NCBI GenBank assembly: GCA_012295275.1
Contig: CM022678.1
Location: 13,392,001 to 13,456,000 of the forward strand
Reading direction: 5' to 3'
Source of the DNA: Chrysomallon squamiferum
Lineage: Eukaryota; Animalia; Mollusca
Length of the DNA: 64,000 nt
Part shown: in pieces, positions 1 to 14,372 of the stretch
How positions within the stretch are numbered: position 1 is the stretch's first letter
Layout of the letters: each line of letters starts with the position of its first letter
Program-made: the position numbers and the translations under genes
The notes under the pieces: generated by a model
The model's input: the letters and a program-made list of their open reading frames with translations, nothing else
Databases searched by the model: none
What the model was told of the DNA's origin: nothing

Positions 1-134
1 ACATATGTGTCACACACACACATACACACAGTGTATCTTGCAGTCTGTCTGTATTAAAAAAATGGTAATAATAATAATAATTTTACATTTAGAAATAAAT
101 ATTAATTTACACTAAGTGAAATAAATTTCCAGTA

Positions 135-165
<31 letters not shown>

Positions 166-962
166 TTATTTGTTTTGTCTTCTTTTATGCACTACTAGGA
201 ATTTTTTTTTACATTTATTTCCCAGATACAGGAAATGTCAGTTTGGAACCCAAAATATTCACTGGATGTTGAAAGAAGAATTGGTACAGTGACCTGTATT
301 TCCTCATACCTATGTTCTGACCAGTGTCCATCTTTTAAAGAGTGTTTGTTATTTTCAGATGGGTGGATTGTCCAAGTTGCAGTCAAACTTGAGATACAAA
401 ACTGAAGAGAGACACAATGAAGCAATTGGGTAAAATTTTTCTTTTATGTAATATGTTAATTAGGTGAAAGAAACTGGTTCTATAATCTCTTAAAGATAGA
501 GATACTGATTTTTCTAGACCACTCGAAATCTTTCATTTTCTCAGAATGTGAAAAAAGAAAATTTATCTGTCACTGTGCTGGGTTGCAACAAAAGTTTATG
601 AATTTTGAACAAGTGATTTTATTTCACAGGTGACTGAAACACATAGGAACAAAATGGCTGATGTGTGCTTCAAAAACAAACTGTATACACATATCTATAA
701 ACAGTGTTAAGATTTCAATTTTGTTACAGCTCAGTATTTGTACTTCCAAAAATCTCCTCAGGACAAGTGGATAATAAATAGATTCAGTGTGATATGATGA
801 ATAGTAAGCAGTAACACATTTACAATAGTTTATTTATTTATGTCAAATGTTAAAATGCACATTAAAAGGCAGTGGTTCTTAATATTTCATTATAAATTTT
901 AAAATGTCTTGGTTAAATTTTGGTTTAATTATTTATTTTGAAATGTTATAATTGTATTTCAG

Positions 963-3900
963 GAAACTTGAATGGAATCTCAGGGTTCAGAATTTCAAGA
1001 TTTCAGAGGAAAAGAAAATAGTTGCAGAGATAGACAGTCTGAAGAGATCAAAGAAAAATTTAGAGTAAGAATTTGTATTTAACAGATGTATTTAAAATTC
1101 TTTGAATATACCTTTTCATTAGCAAGTTGTGTCGTTTAGACATGGCAAATAATGAAAAATGAGAAAAATTGAAATAAATGCTAATTTGTTGTGAGTCTGT
1201 TATCTGTATATAGCAACACACTCACTAGAATTGGCAACTAAAATAAAATAGCTAGACTTTTCAGATTTCTCTTAGTAATGTTATTTTATTTGTTCATTGT
1301 TCCAGTCAGTACATGGTGTTGAAGAAAGAGATTGATGAAATGAGAGATCGACAAAGAAGAATGAGAGAAGAACGAGATGTAACTCTTACTTATACAAAAA
1401 ATTTCATTAATTATTAGGATTTATAATTTATTAATTCTTGTAAATTTAGGTAGCCTGTTTTAAACATTTATTATAATAATTTTAATTCAAACAAATATTT
1501 CAAGTCAGATTCAATTTTTAGATTGAAATATTGTTTAAAATGTTGATTCAAGTTTTATTTTAATTGTTTATTTTGACATTTTAATTCAGTTTTGATATAG
1601 TTTCACGCCTTATTCAAACATTTTTTTAAAACACTTACTGAACATTTTAAGTGCGGATTTGAGTTCTGTTTTAAACTTCCACTGTATGTTTAAATTTATT
1701 TTTTAACTTTATTTTGAATATTTTATTTATTTGTCTGTTTGCTTATTATTTATTTATTTATTTTATAGCACTACTTTAAAAAAGTCAATGAACTGAAACA
1801 CAGAGAAGATGAAGCAAGACAAAAACGGAATGTGGACAAGACAAAAACAGAAAGTTTGAAGAAAGGTTTGAACTCTAAGATTATAATGTGACAGGGTAAC
1901 AGTAAACAGAATTGTTATTTTTTATTTTTTAAGCGTTATACAATTTCAGAGTTTATACAAGTTTAAGAAAACAGAAAAAAATATAAATAACTAAACACTC
2001 TAGTGATGCAGGAAAGTTGAGGATCTTGGTTCAGATATTTTGATAATTTTTGAGAATTTCCCAGAAAGGTTTTTAAAATTTAAATATAAACATTTGTCCT
2101 GCTAGAAGAGAGTAAAAAGAGTTATTTTAGAAAACTGTGTTAAAATTACATCTGAAAACACATAACGAAATAGAAAAATAAATACAAACAACTATTTAAA
2201 TAAATACATAAGATAATATATGTAAAAAGTGAACTAAGTACTAAACAAGAACAGTAGCAAATGCAACCCTCCCAAAAATAGTGAAATACAAACAGAAATA
2301 AATAATGGAACAAGGAAACAGAGTAAGAAATAAATCAGTAAATAAGATAAATAAACAGTAATTAAAAAAGGAAATAAATGAAAACACATTAATATATTTT
2401 TCAGAAATAGATGAACTGTATAAAAAGAAACGAGCGATGGTGGGAGAGTTTCACAAACAACGACAAGCTTTTCAGGATGGCCAGAGAAAACAGAGGCAGG
2501 AAAGTTTCAAAAAACGAGAAGAAGAAAGAAAAGCTCAACAAAGAGAGATGTAAATATAGTTATTACATTTTATATACCGAATATATAATTCCAGTTTGTA
2601 CAGTTCCTAGATACAACTCATGTCAAAAATTCAAAGTTTTGGAAATGTTTTAATAAATTTCCTCAACAACATAAAAAAGTGTTTGCTTGCTGACAGAAAG
2701 GTTTTGTGGTATTAAAAATTGTTTAAGTTTCCCATGAAAATCAATGTATATGACTAGCTGTGAATTGTGATGTGGCACTGACTGTAATTGAATGATGCAA
2801 AACTGAATATTGTTAATTTCCTAAACAAAAGTCTGATTATCTTTGCTAATATCAGATAGCAAACATTCAAATACGCAGCTCTCAAATTGTTTGTGTTAAT
2901 ATAATAAAAAAGAAAAATCAAGAAAAGAATGATATTTTCAGCTAACATTTCAAAGCACTTTAAATTAATTATAAAGTTAAATTAAAAACAGGATTATAAG
3001 ATATGGACATTTATGGCAGTATAACATCAGAACCACTGTAAAGCTTTGTGTTACATTGTTCATGCTCTGGATATAAGTACTTATAAATATTTATATTGCA
3101 TATGCTGTTTGTCAAATGCATTCACTAACACAGAGTTTATTTTCAGAGAGGAGTTTGAGAATGAGAAAGAGCCCTTTGAAGTAGAGAAGGTGTTATGTAA
3201 CACATTACTTACTTACCTACAACGTTTCACCACCCAAAGTTCTGACTCAGACGTCACTCCTGCCCAGACACCCAGTGAAGACAACCCACCTTCTATCACA
3301 GGTGCACTTCACCCATAATGTGATTTTTAGTGCAACATGGTTGAAGAATTAGCAGTAGAGCATTGTCAGCATGCAATTTAGCTAACAGTTAGAAATATCC
3401 TGTTAGTGAAGTAGGGCATCTTGATCCAAATTGTTGAAAAAAATGTACATTTAAATAAATTAATAATTATTCTATGGATTTTTCTATGTGTATAATATAG
3501 CATACAAACTTAAAAAAAAAAAATAATATAAATATAAAACCTGTGAACAAAACTTGTATCAGTGAGTTTGACAGAAGGTTAACCTTGTTTAAAATGATTA
3601 ACTGAAGCATCTAATATTTTTGAGTTAACTCTTTTTGTAAGGTCTGGCTTGAACTCAGTAAAGTTTGGATTTGTCTTTACATTTTGTAAATGCTTTGAAT
3701 TCAACGTTTTTTAAAATTATAGTTCATGCATGTATGGAGCAGGTTCAACTTATGTTTATTCTAAAAAATAATTTCAGCCATATATATTTCAGTTTACCCT
3801 TTATAGGGGTATGGTTAAAAATTTGCTGTATTTTCAAATTATATAAAATTATAGGTTTGAACTAGATTTATTTTAAAGTTTGTGTTTTCCAGTGTGTGGA

Positions 3901-4505
3901 CCGGCTGATGAGTTGGAAGATGGGACATACGTGCGTCTGCGCAAGTCAGATGATTTAGAGTCTGAGTACACGGGAACAGGACGAAGACCAAGTAAAAAGA
4001 ATCGGCGTTGTAGAAAACAGTCAATGGTAATAATAGTAATAATAATAATTAATAAGCAGTAATAATAAATAATAATAAACAGTAATAATAATAATAATAA
4101 TAAATAACCAGTAATAATAATAACTAATAATAAACAGCAATAATAATAATGATGATAATAATAACGACAACAATAATGATGATGATGACAACAATTAAAA
4201 TAGTTGTTCTGAGATATTACAAGTAATCATCATTGCAGTGGTAATAAAAAGATTGATGATGATATTATATTTTGGACTTGTATCTGTAGAAGAGTCTAGA
4301 ATATGATGTTTTTAAAAAGTAGTTTATTTAAATATTTCAGACAAAGCCAATAACTCACACCCCAGAAGTTATTGGTCAGTTTGCATCACTTAACCTGACT
4401 GCTCCGTCCAGTGCCTATGAGGTCACAGCTGCAATTGAACAACTTCAGGGTCGAAAGGTTAGTTCTTAAAAAATATATTGGCATTTATAGACAAATGTAG
4501 CACAT

Positions 4506-4540
<35 letters not shown>

Positions 4541-5766
4541 TACTAACCATGAAACACACATATGATAACAGTTTTTAAATGATTTAACAGTGGCTATTAT
4601 ACATCATTCCTAACTACAGAAAAATGGATCTGGAATGTTATTGGTATGCAGTTTTTCCCTCGCACCTGATATAAAATAATTTTAAATTTGTAAACACAAC
4701 CCATACAATCTTACAAATATTGATTATTATAGTATGTGATCACTGATACTCCATTCTTTAAAATGAGTTACGATGACACAGATTTATAATTTGTCCTCGA
4801 AACCTGCTTTCATTTTTAAACCTGCTACTAAATTTTAATGAATGCAATTTACAGATAATTTTAATACATTTTTGTTTGAGTGCATTTTAGAGAGCAAATG
4901 AAGTATGTTTATAATGTGAATATCAGATCTAATTTTAATAGTTGTTTTTTTTTGTCAGTTTTGGTTGTATTATTGCAGCTTTTCGGATACGCTAAGACAA
5001 AGTTTAATGTTTTCAGGTTTTGGGAAATGCTTTGACTAAATTTAATGTTTTCTTTCAGTTGTATTATGAACAGAGGCTGAGAGATCACCGCAGCATGGAT
5101 GCTGAGTCAGATTTCTCTTTCAGCTCAAGTTGTGCGTCGAGTATTTTTTCAACTTCTATACGAGCTCGAGCTGACACTTGGGGATTCATGGGAGAACCAC
5201 ATCCAATCACAGAAGAGAATTCCCAAAGCGAGGCTGGTATCTCAGCAACAGAGAGTACAACATGTGAGATGTCTCGGCAGGCCAGCAAGACAGAAAGTTG
5301 TGAGAGTGCATACGACACACGACCCAATGACCACATCATGGATGACCTCATTGCCATGAGCACCACCATGTGTTGCCATGACAACCTCAAACCAAAATGT
5401 GCCTTTTCCAGCAGTCCCTCTCTATCAGACAGTTCAGACACCGCTCAAGAGTCAAACAATGTGTGTGACTGCACATCTGATGCGACATCTTGTGATTCTG
5501 TGCCAAACCATGGTCAGTCATGGGACCTCTCCTCCAGCCAGTCAACGTCAGATATTCAGTGCACAAACCTCATCCACACAAACAGTATAGACAATTCTGA
5601 CTTCAAGTCTCAGTTCCACTGTTCTAATGTGATCACTGAAAAAAAGTCCACCGACAGAAATGTACGATTAACCAACACGTTTTCTGTTAGCTCAAGGGAC
5701 ATAACTCAGGGGCCAGATGTAACAGCCAAGGGAGATAACTCGGCTGTGGACTGTGTGCGGTCTTGA
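963..5766 (+). CDS. Coiled-coil protein resembling fungal/protist nuclear segregation protein Bfr1, with a Ser-rich low-complexity tail; 5'-partial, 8 exons visible
   Basis: Phase-consistent GT-AG exons: 963-1064, 1306-1378, 1769-1865, 2405-2549, 3147-3301, 3893-4026, 4341-4457, 5059-5766 (TGA). Translation includes KLEWNLRVQNFKISEEKKIVAEIDSLKRSKK, a charged coiled coil, EPFEVEKVLCNTLLTYL, EYTGTGRRPSKKNRR and ITHTPEVIGQFASLNLTAPSSAYEVTAAIEQL, colinear with blocks I recall from fungal Bfr1. The gene model is strong; the family call is moderate. Confidence 0.75.
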
Positions 5767-8070
5767 TGATGCTGGTTATAGAATAGTGTTTTGTGTGGCT
5801 GTGGGCAATTTAATTTAAAAGTTAGGTATTTTTTTTTTTTTTTGCTCAGTTGGTTATGGAAATCATGTTATTCCAAGTAATTAATTAAATAATTATCATA
5901 TCATTTTTAGAAAAACTTAACGTATTCTTCATATTTGTTTTGTTTGAATTACCTATTTAATTTATAAAAATATTTTTAACTTTGTTATATTTTTCTCATT
6001 TTTAATTTCTAAAATGTATTTTTAGCAAAATTAGAGTACTTCATTTACTTTGTTCAGTATTATTTTTCAGCAAATATTTGGAATCTGTTTTTAAAAGAAA
6101 AGTTATAAAATAATTTTACATTATTTTATTATCAAATGAAAAAGCTTAAAAGGAATCATGTACACTTTCAATTTTTATTCAGTTTTCTACTTTTGATAGT
6201 TATTTTCACTGTTACTGAACAAAGATAACTATGGGTGGAGATGTCTGATGTGGATAATAATTATCATAGAAATAGATTCCTGAACGTGAAAATGAGTAAC
6301 CTACAACTTTTTTTATAGAATATTTTCTAAATCTTCATCTTTCAGTTCACATCAAATTAGAGATATCTGTAAACATTTGTTTAAATTTCTTGTCTCTTTA
6401 ATAAAAAATTTGGTTTACATTACTTATAATGTTATTGTTAAAACAGAATTTTCTGTTACCAGTAATGTTAAAAGTATAGTCTGATACCAAAAATAGAATT
6501 CCTGTCTCTCTTTCTCTCTCACATACACACACACGTGTTCTTTTTCATTTATATGTTTATCTAATAAATGATTACAAAAACCTCATTATGTGTCTTGTCT
6601 TACAATTGTGACATTGTGAATGAAGTTACTTATGTTTGTCATGATTATAGCATCATGGTTTTGATAGAGGTATTTTGGCTTATTTGTAGCACTTGATTTT
6701 TTATAATTTTTAACATACTTTGTGTCTAATGGATTTTACTGATTTGGAAACTATTTATTTTAATATACATAAAAAAGCTTCAAATAAATACAATAATATG
6801 ATTTTTTCTGGTTTTTTAAAGATGATTTATAAGAAAACATATCACAAAATTCACTATGAATCGGTTGTTTTTATTTTCTTCACTTTTTAAAATCAATAAT
6901 TGCTCTTTCAAATGATGCATAAATTATGCAAATATATATTTTATTAGCAAAGCTGTTGATAATTCAAAATTCTGTTTTAATAAATCATTTATTATTTAAA
7001 AGTTTGGGAGAAAACACAAGAAAACAAAAACCTTGATATTTCATAATTACTGTACTGCAGGATCAGTTATTTTTAATGTGTCTGATGAATATTTCACATT
7101 CCAACTAGTGCTAGATTTGTCTGAGACACAGTATGTGCTCTCTTGTCTGCTTAAAAATACAATAAAACAGGATTTCCATATTGGTTAATAGAGTAACACG
7201 TAGAGATTTCATTTCATTGCTGTATGCAACAAGATTATCTAATCTTGAAATGAATTTTTGTTTTGTCATTTTTAATATAAATGGTTTTGTGGTAATATTT
7301 TTAAAAAGAAAAATGATTATCTGCTAATTACCATTACTGAAATGATATCTGCTAGGTAAATAAAATAAAGTTTTAATTTAAAATTTTAGCTGGTTTTACG
7401 GCAATTTTTAAACACTGAATATTATATTACTGTATTTCTAATTTTATAATTATGTATATGTTAAAAGTAAATGATTTCATTTCATGAATTTAAATTAAAT
7501 ATAAATTGGTGATTTGTAGTTTTTTTTTTTTTTTTTTTACTAATGAGATTTACATTAATTTCATAAATAATATAGTTTGAAAATTGTACAAGAATTGTGT
7601 TCCTATCTATTTCAAAAAAAAAAGAAAAAAAATTGTTTGTTATGGGTTTGTTATCTAAAGTCTTTCTGACATTTTTTGTATCAGAAACATTTTGTTTTAA
7701 TTTTATTTGTTTGGTTTATATGTTGATAATAATATTTATTTATTTATTGAAGTTCAAATTTTCTAAATAAATTAATTTCCATCTTAATGCAGAGAAATTA
7801 TAAAATTTATAAAGGAAATTGTTTACACTACAGCACACCTCCTTTTCTCCTTTTCTTCAATTTTTTATTATTTTTGTTTTTCATTGTTTGTCTTTGTTTA
7901 CACAATTAATACGTATTAATTACTTATCTTTCCCTCTTTCTATGCTTCTGCTCTGTCTCTTTTTCATGGAATCTATACACTGTAAAAATGCATTCACAAT
8001 CTAATTAAACCTGAACTGCACAATTAAACAGAAAATGGCAATTTCAAAATAATGGCATTTAGTTTTAAAT

Positions 8071-8101
<31 letters not shown>

Positions 8102-8486
8102 TGTTTTAAATATAAGGCCTAACCAAAACCAGATTGAAAAAAAACATCATAATTAATGCGACAATGAAAGGTCAAGTATGATGGAATTGCTGTTAATTAT
8201 TTATAAATTTTGATATTTTTTACTTATTACTTTTGAAGCAAAGTACACCATTGCAATTAGATCTTCCAAATTTTTGCTCTGTTTTATAAATCATAATATT
8301 TTAATATTATAGTAAAACATTTTTTTAAAAGTTTTACATTAAAAACACTGAAGGTATTGCTTTTGACCATGGAAAATAAATTGGAACTTGTTCAAAATAA
8401 ACATAATTTTTTCCCCAAGAGAACTCACATTTCAGTTTCTCAGCCAGTGCAGACAGATGGTTGTATTTAAATTGTTGTTGTTGTTA

Positions 8487-8527
<41 letters not shown>

Positions 8528-9446
8528 CTTATTTTTTTCAGTTGTTTTCAACAAATTGGTTAAATTTGTGTTTTGTATGAATGTTAATTATTGAAAAATT
8601 TAAATTATTGTTAATGTGTGTTACACAGATGTGAGTACAGTAAATACCATGTACAGCTGGTTTTTGTCATGTCTGGAAGACTCTGAATAAAATATTTAAA
8701 TTTGCATATGTCTTCAGATTATTTATGGTTTTGTAAGATTTAAGATATTAGTTTTATTTCATTTTTTCCTTCTTTGGCAAAACAATGTTATTATGTTTAA
8801 GTGGTAACTGCTTGGTTTAGACAAAAATTTTATTTTCATTATATTATTATTTAGAAATTTTGTATTTTCATTCTATTGTGCATTTTAATTTTGTGCAGTT
8901 TAATCAAAGATTATTAAAACTGTTCTGGATGTGTATATGCATAAGAATATGTATATGTGTGTACTCATGAAAACTAATTAAAAAATTTATAAAAAGGAAG
9001 TCAATGAATAATAGTCACAATATATGTTTTTATATATATTTAATATTTTTCTCATAAATTGTAGAATGTTGACAAAAATATTTACCCATGGATATATATA
9101 TATGTATGTGCATGCAGTAAGGATATTAAATAAAATATAAATAATATTGAGACATTTTTTAGGAGATACTGGAATGTTAGTTTCTTTTCTCTCACAAATT
9201 ATTGACAAAAAATGTGAGAAAATATCTGAAATTTCTGATGGAGTATTTCAAGGGAAAATCAATTTCATTACCCTTTCCTTAAAGTCTTTAAAATTAAGCA
9301 TTTTTTGTATAAATTATTATAAACTTCTTATATAAACATCTGAAATCCAGTTAATCTTTTCACATCTCACATATTCCATTTTGTTTCTTCTGCTATAATC
9401 TCATCCATTGTTTTCTGAGCATTACACTGCAGTTCACAGTTCACCA

Positions 9447-12040
9447 TTACTGCTTACCAAGTACTTCAGATCTTAATGCAGCAGCTTCTACTGCATCGAT
9501 CAGTGCTCCTCGGAATCCAGCCTTTTCCAGTTTGTGTACTGCAGCAATGGTGGTGCCACCTGGTGAGCAGACCTCATCTTTCAACTGTTCTGGATGTTTC
9601 CCCGTTTCTAGAACCATCTTTGCAGCACCCTGTTTATTGTTAATAAAAAAAAAGATAATAAATAATACACAAATAGTGTAAACGTATAAAAATATAAAGA
9701 GAAATATACATACTTACGTCAATCAGTCAATCTGTCAGTTTATCTATCTATCTATACATATATATGTAGACAAAGTAACTATATACAGTCACACTTCAGT
9801 ATACACACACACACACACAACAGTTTTATTAATAAAAATTACATTCATGTTATATGGTCACAGTGCTGACTTGTAGTCAGTCATAAAGATACCTGAGGTG
9901 AACAATAAAACAAGCAAACACACACAGACATACCCAAAAATTTTCAAACATGCAAGAATGCGGAGAAACACATGCATGCACACAAACACAAATAAAAATG
10001 TACCAATAAAGTTTGTGCAGCTAATTTTGTAGCCAGGTTTCTAGTTAAACCCATCTTCACTCCACCATCAGCCATTGCCTCTATTGCCATGTACGCCTGG
10101 AATAACAGATTAAAATGTATAAATAGAGTTTGCTATAAGCAATGTTTACATTTTATATCTCATATTAAACAAATTAACTGAATACATTTTGTAAATTTCC
10201 TAATGAATATTCTGTTTTTTCTTCTCCTATAACATAATTATAGGAACATTCCAAAACTCCTCTAAACACAGAACTTTTCAAACAGTCGAACTACTCTCAT
10301 TATCAGTAGCATACATCCACTCTCCTATCCACATAACCATCCATGTCAAAACTCAGCTCATCCCTAAATCTAGAATTGCTCAGTGTAGACTTCATTTGTA
10401 CCATGCTTGTGTGTGTGTGGTGTGAGTGTGAGATATCTCACTATTCTCAGATTTCATCCCACTCAGAGCAACATACCCTCCCCTAGATTCACTGATACTC
10501 ACATAGGCAGGCCCACACCCACTCACTGCTCCTACTGCAGCTAGAAACTTCTCCTTGCTCTCCTCACAGATTCCTACACTGCTCATTAGATTCATAACAA
10601 GTTTACAGTTTGTATCCGTGGCAGCTGTTCCCCTAGCAACAACAGCACAACCCTCCTGTAGTGATGCTGGTGTGTTGAGAGAAACTCGGTACACACACGT
10701 TCCTACTGGAAGACACTAAAAAACAAAACAGATATTACTGAATTAACAAGGTGTGTCTATGTATGTATTTATTTTTATGAGTGTTTGTGTGTGTATGAAT
10801 GAATGGTGTATATTTGTACCAACACATATACTGAGGAATGTATTTCCATCCATAGACGGAGAAAGAATAGAAAAAGAGAATAAAAGAAAGTAAACTAAAA
10901 TAATTACATAATTCTGACCTTTTCTATTGTTTTCAGATCAATTCCAGCTGCTATGGAAATAAACACTTTATCTTCTGTTACAACAGAGGAGATTTCTTTC
11001 AGCACTGTGGTCACCACATTGGGTTTGACAGCAAGGACAACAACAGCACAACAACGAACAACTTCTTTGTTGTCATTTACCACTTTAACTTTCAGATTCT
11101 GATAAAACAGTTTGCAAATATCACTGCTATTTGATTAAAAATACTATCTCTTTAATAAGATTTAAGAAGAAAAATACAAATTAAATCATACACTGAATAA
11201 ACATGGTAAATAGGCTAATTAATTAATTAATTTAATTAAATTAAATCAGTGATCTTACCATGATTATACTGGAATAGTTTTAAAGAAAAATTGCATGTGT
11301 ATGCTCTGAAAAGAAACTATATGAGAAAAAATATTAATAATTGGGATTATTATTTAAAAGAACAAAAATAAATGTAAAAATCTGATTGTCATGTACTGAG
11401 CAGTCATTAACAACCAAAGCAGCACTGAACTTGTTGTGAAAATACCAGATTATCTTCTCTTACCTTGAGCAAGGAGCTGTCAGGGTGTGGACAGCTTGCT
11501 AATATATTTAAAGGTTTCACTGCCCCTGAAACAGAGTAATGTCAACATGTCATACTTAGATAATTAAATTTATACAAGTGTACTTTTCTGTATGTATATA
11601 TTATGTAATGAAAATGTTCTCGCTTTAATAAAATAAATAAATAAATAAATATATATATATATATTATTTACGCAGTGAACTACATATTTATTATCATTAT
11701 TTTCAATATTGTATGTAGTTTTTTTACATTGTTTCACCACATTATTATTAAAAATAAAACATTAATATACATCTTTAATTATAATAATAATTAATAAAGC
11801 ATAAAATTAAATAATAATAATAATGATAATAATAATAATAAGAAGAAGAAGAAGAAGAAGAAGAAGAAAATGTTGGAAGTTCTTTTCAGTAACGTTTAAT
11901 CGGATGATCACAATAAACTCACCAGACTGAATAAAGCCTTTGGCCATCGCATGCGCCATCATTCCAGCTCCGATAAATCCCACCATGATATCTGTGGGTC
12001 CATCGACCGGCTGTTTATGAGCTTCCTGAGCGGTAAACAT
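9447..12040 (-). CDS. PYCR: Pyrroline-5-carboxylate reductase (ProC/PYCR), 6 exons, about 282 aa
   Basis: Exons (minus): 12040-11923, 11525-11464, 11098-10919, 10715-10503, 10096-10004, 9629-9447 (TAA). Motifs: Rossmann [58 protein letters not shown]. Confidence 0.96.
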
Positions 12041-12169
12041 TGCATATGAGTTACGTATTAAGTTGAAATATGACAATAAATTCAAAGTTCACTGCCGATG
12101 TTGCCGATATATCCAGTTTCTATTCGTAAACATATTCCACGCGATTTCCTTTCAACAGAGATTAAAGAA

Positions 12170-12250
12170 AGTAACGTGATATCTGATTGGCGAGTTAATA
12201 CCGTAAGCCACGCCTCTTAACGGAAGAAAATGACGCTGTGTTGTGAAATA
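12170..12250 (-). promoter_or_regulatory. Probable PYCR proximal promoter
   Basis: CpG-containing patch 130-210 bp upstream of the ATG, with ATTGG (CCAAT box, 12186), GCCACGCCT (Sp/KLF-like), CGGAAG (ETS-like) and TGACG (CRE half-site). Confidence 0.5.
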
Positions 12251-14372
12251 ACGTATATAGTTTAAACTTTTTAATTTCTTTTTTAAATTTATATGAAATA
12301 TATTTATGTAGATCATTATTAGTACTGAAGAAAAAAAATATTAACTATGTCTATAAAATGTAAAATAAATAAACTTTATGTATATTTGTAAACTTTAATG
12401 AGAAAATCGCCTACTTGATTTTAATTAGCTTCAAAGATAAAAAAAGAAAAAGAAAAAAAGGATTATATCTAAAATGAACATTATCATCATCATTATCATT
12501 ATAATTATCATTATTCAAACAAATTAAACTTCTTTCTGCAATTTAAGATCAGTATACACTTAACATGTGCATGCATATTAATACAAAATAAATCTCTCAT
12601 ACATGCTGTCTGATCTCAAATGCATACATTGCAGTCTAAAGTTGTTGTTTAATTATGCATGAAGTGTTTTGGTATTTCTGTGTTGTTGGTCCGGGCTGTT
12701 ACTGACTTGTGTACAGATTTCAGGTCACATTGTAAACATGTGTGTTTGATTAAGTTCGGGCAATATTCACCTTTTTTAATGAAAATCTTTCACTGTGCGT
12801 TAGATAGTCAAGTGTTAAATTCAAAGAAGAAAGCAAAAGTAAAATTTTAAAGTAGTAAGAAAATACAAATATCAGTATAAAATTTTTTATTTCAAAAAGA
12901 TAATATGCGTTACATGCGTATTACTTTAAAAAGATGAATTTACAACAATGAAATGCTTGGTTTTTTCCTTTGATTTTTCTTTTTTCTTTTCTTTTTAACT
13001 TTTTAAAATGTTAATGAAAGTACAGAATTTTAAAAAGAAGAAGAAAGAAAAAAGGAACAACAGGCAATGATAAGGAATGGATTACTGATGGAATGTTTAA
13101 AAAATACAGTATAAAATTTTCAAACTTTAAATGGTCCTTAGCCAGCATGACATGATTAAAAATAAAGTTAAAAATGTTTTATTTTTGTTTACAGGTTGTT
13201 TAATTTATCATTCCTTATCTACAGATCAAATAAACATTATTATTAAACGCATTAATTTTAATTCAGCTCTCAATAGCAGCTTAGTCTAATAAGTGAATTT
13301 GGTTCATGTTCAAAGTACAGATAACTATAAAAAATAAATCTAATGTAAAAAAACAAGTAAATGTTTACATATTAACACATCTAACTGTAAGTCATTGCCA
13401 CAAAAGCTATACAAGTATAAACATACATATACAGCCTTTTAAAAGAGAATGCAATGTGAATAACGTTATAACCATTCTAAATAAAGGTGTTGTGAATACG
13501 TCAAAAGCAATACAAGTAGACATTTTAAAATTTAGCAATTATCATGGCCAATTTCATTAAAAAATTTATGTTTATAAATATATAAATTTTGGTTTTATAA
13601 TTAGCAATTGAAACAAAAACAGTAAAATTTGTTTAATAATAATAATAATAATAATAACTCAACCCCATAATCGGCTAACTAGATGAATCTACCTCAGCTG
13701 ACGATTTAAAAGGACATATATGACTTTTGTGGGAATGTGTTACAGTTAATAATTCTTTCTCATACAATATGTAGTCTATGTACAGTTTGGAATGTTCAAA
13801 GTTTCAGTATTCCAACCTAATGGAATGTTAGGTAATATTTCACATAATTATAATCACAAATTATCTGCATCCTCCTAAACAGAAATTACTATACAATTGG
13901 AAGTTATATAAAAATAAATACGGGTAATAGTAATTTTAACAATATGAAAAAGCTCATACTTGATATTTATTTATTTATTTAAAAATAATCAAAACGACAA
14001 TAACAAGTAATCTATATTTAGCGGATACAGTTAATCGTAGAACGCCTACTCGGTAACCTTGCTAACACAGTTCATGGTAGATACATATTTACAAATATAC
14101 ATAACAGACTGAGCCACCTCTAGTTCGCGTTTCGGTGTAATCAGTCTCGAGGAAACAGATCATTACAATTTCAGTTTTAAAATTTAATTTGCATAGCTCT
14201 TATGATTATATACTAAATTATGATTTCCCAAATGAATTTAAATGCAGAATCTCATCAGACAGCTTTGTTATTATGTTTATTTGTACAGGCTAGCTGTTGG
14301 AGGGATGCTCTTAAAACGGTTATGTTCTGTAAAATACATTCTGACGGAGGGAAGATGTTTGATTCCTGTACG

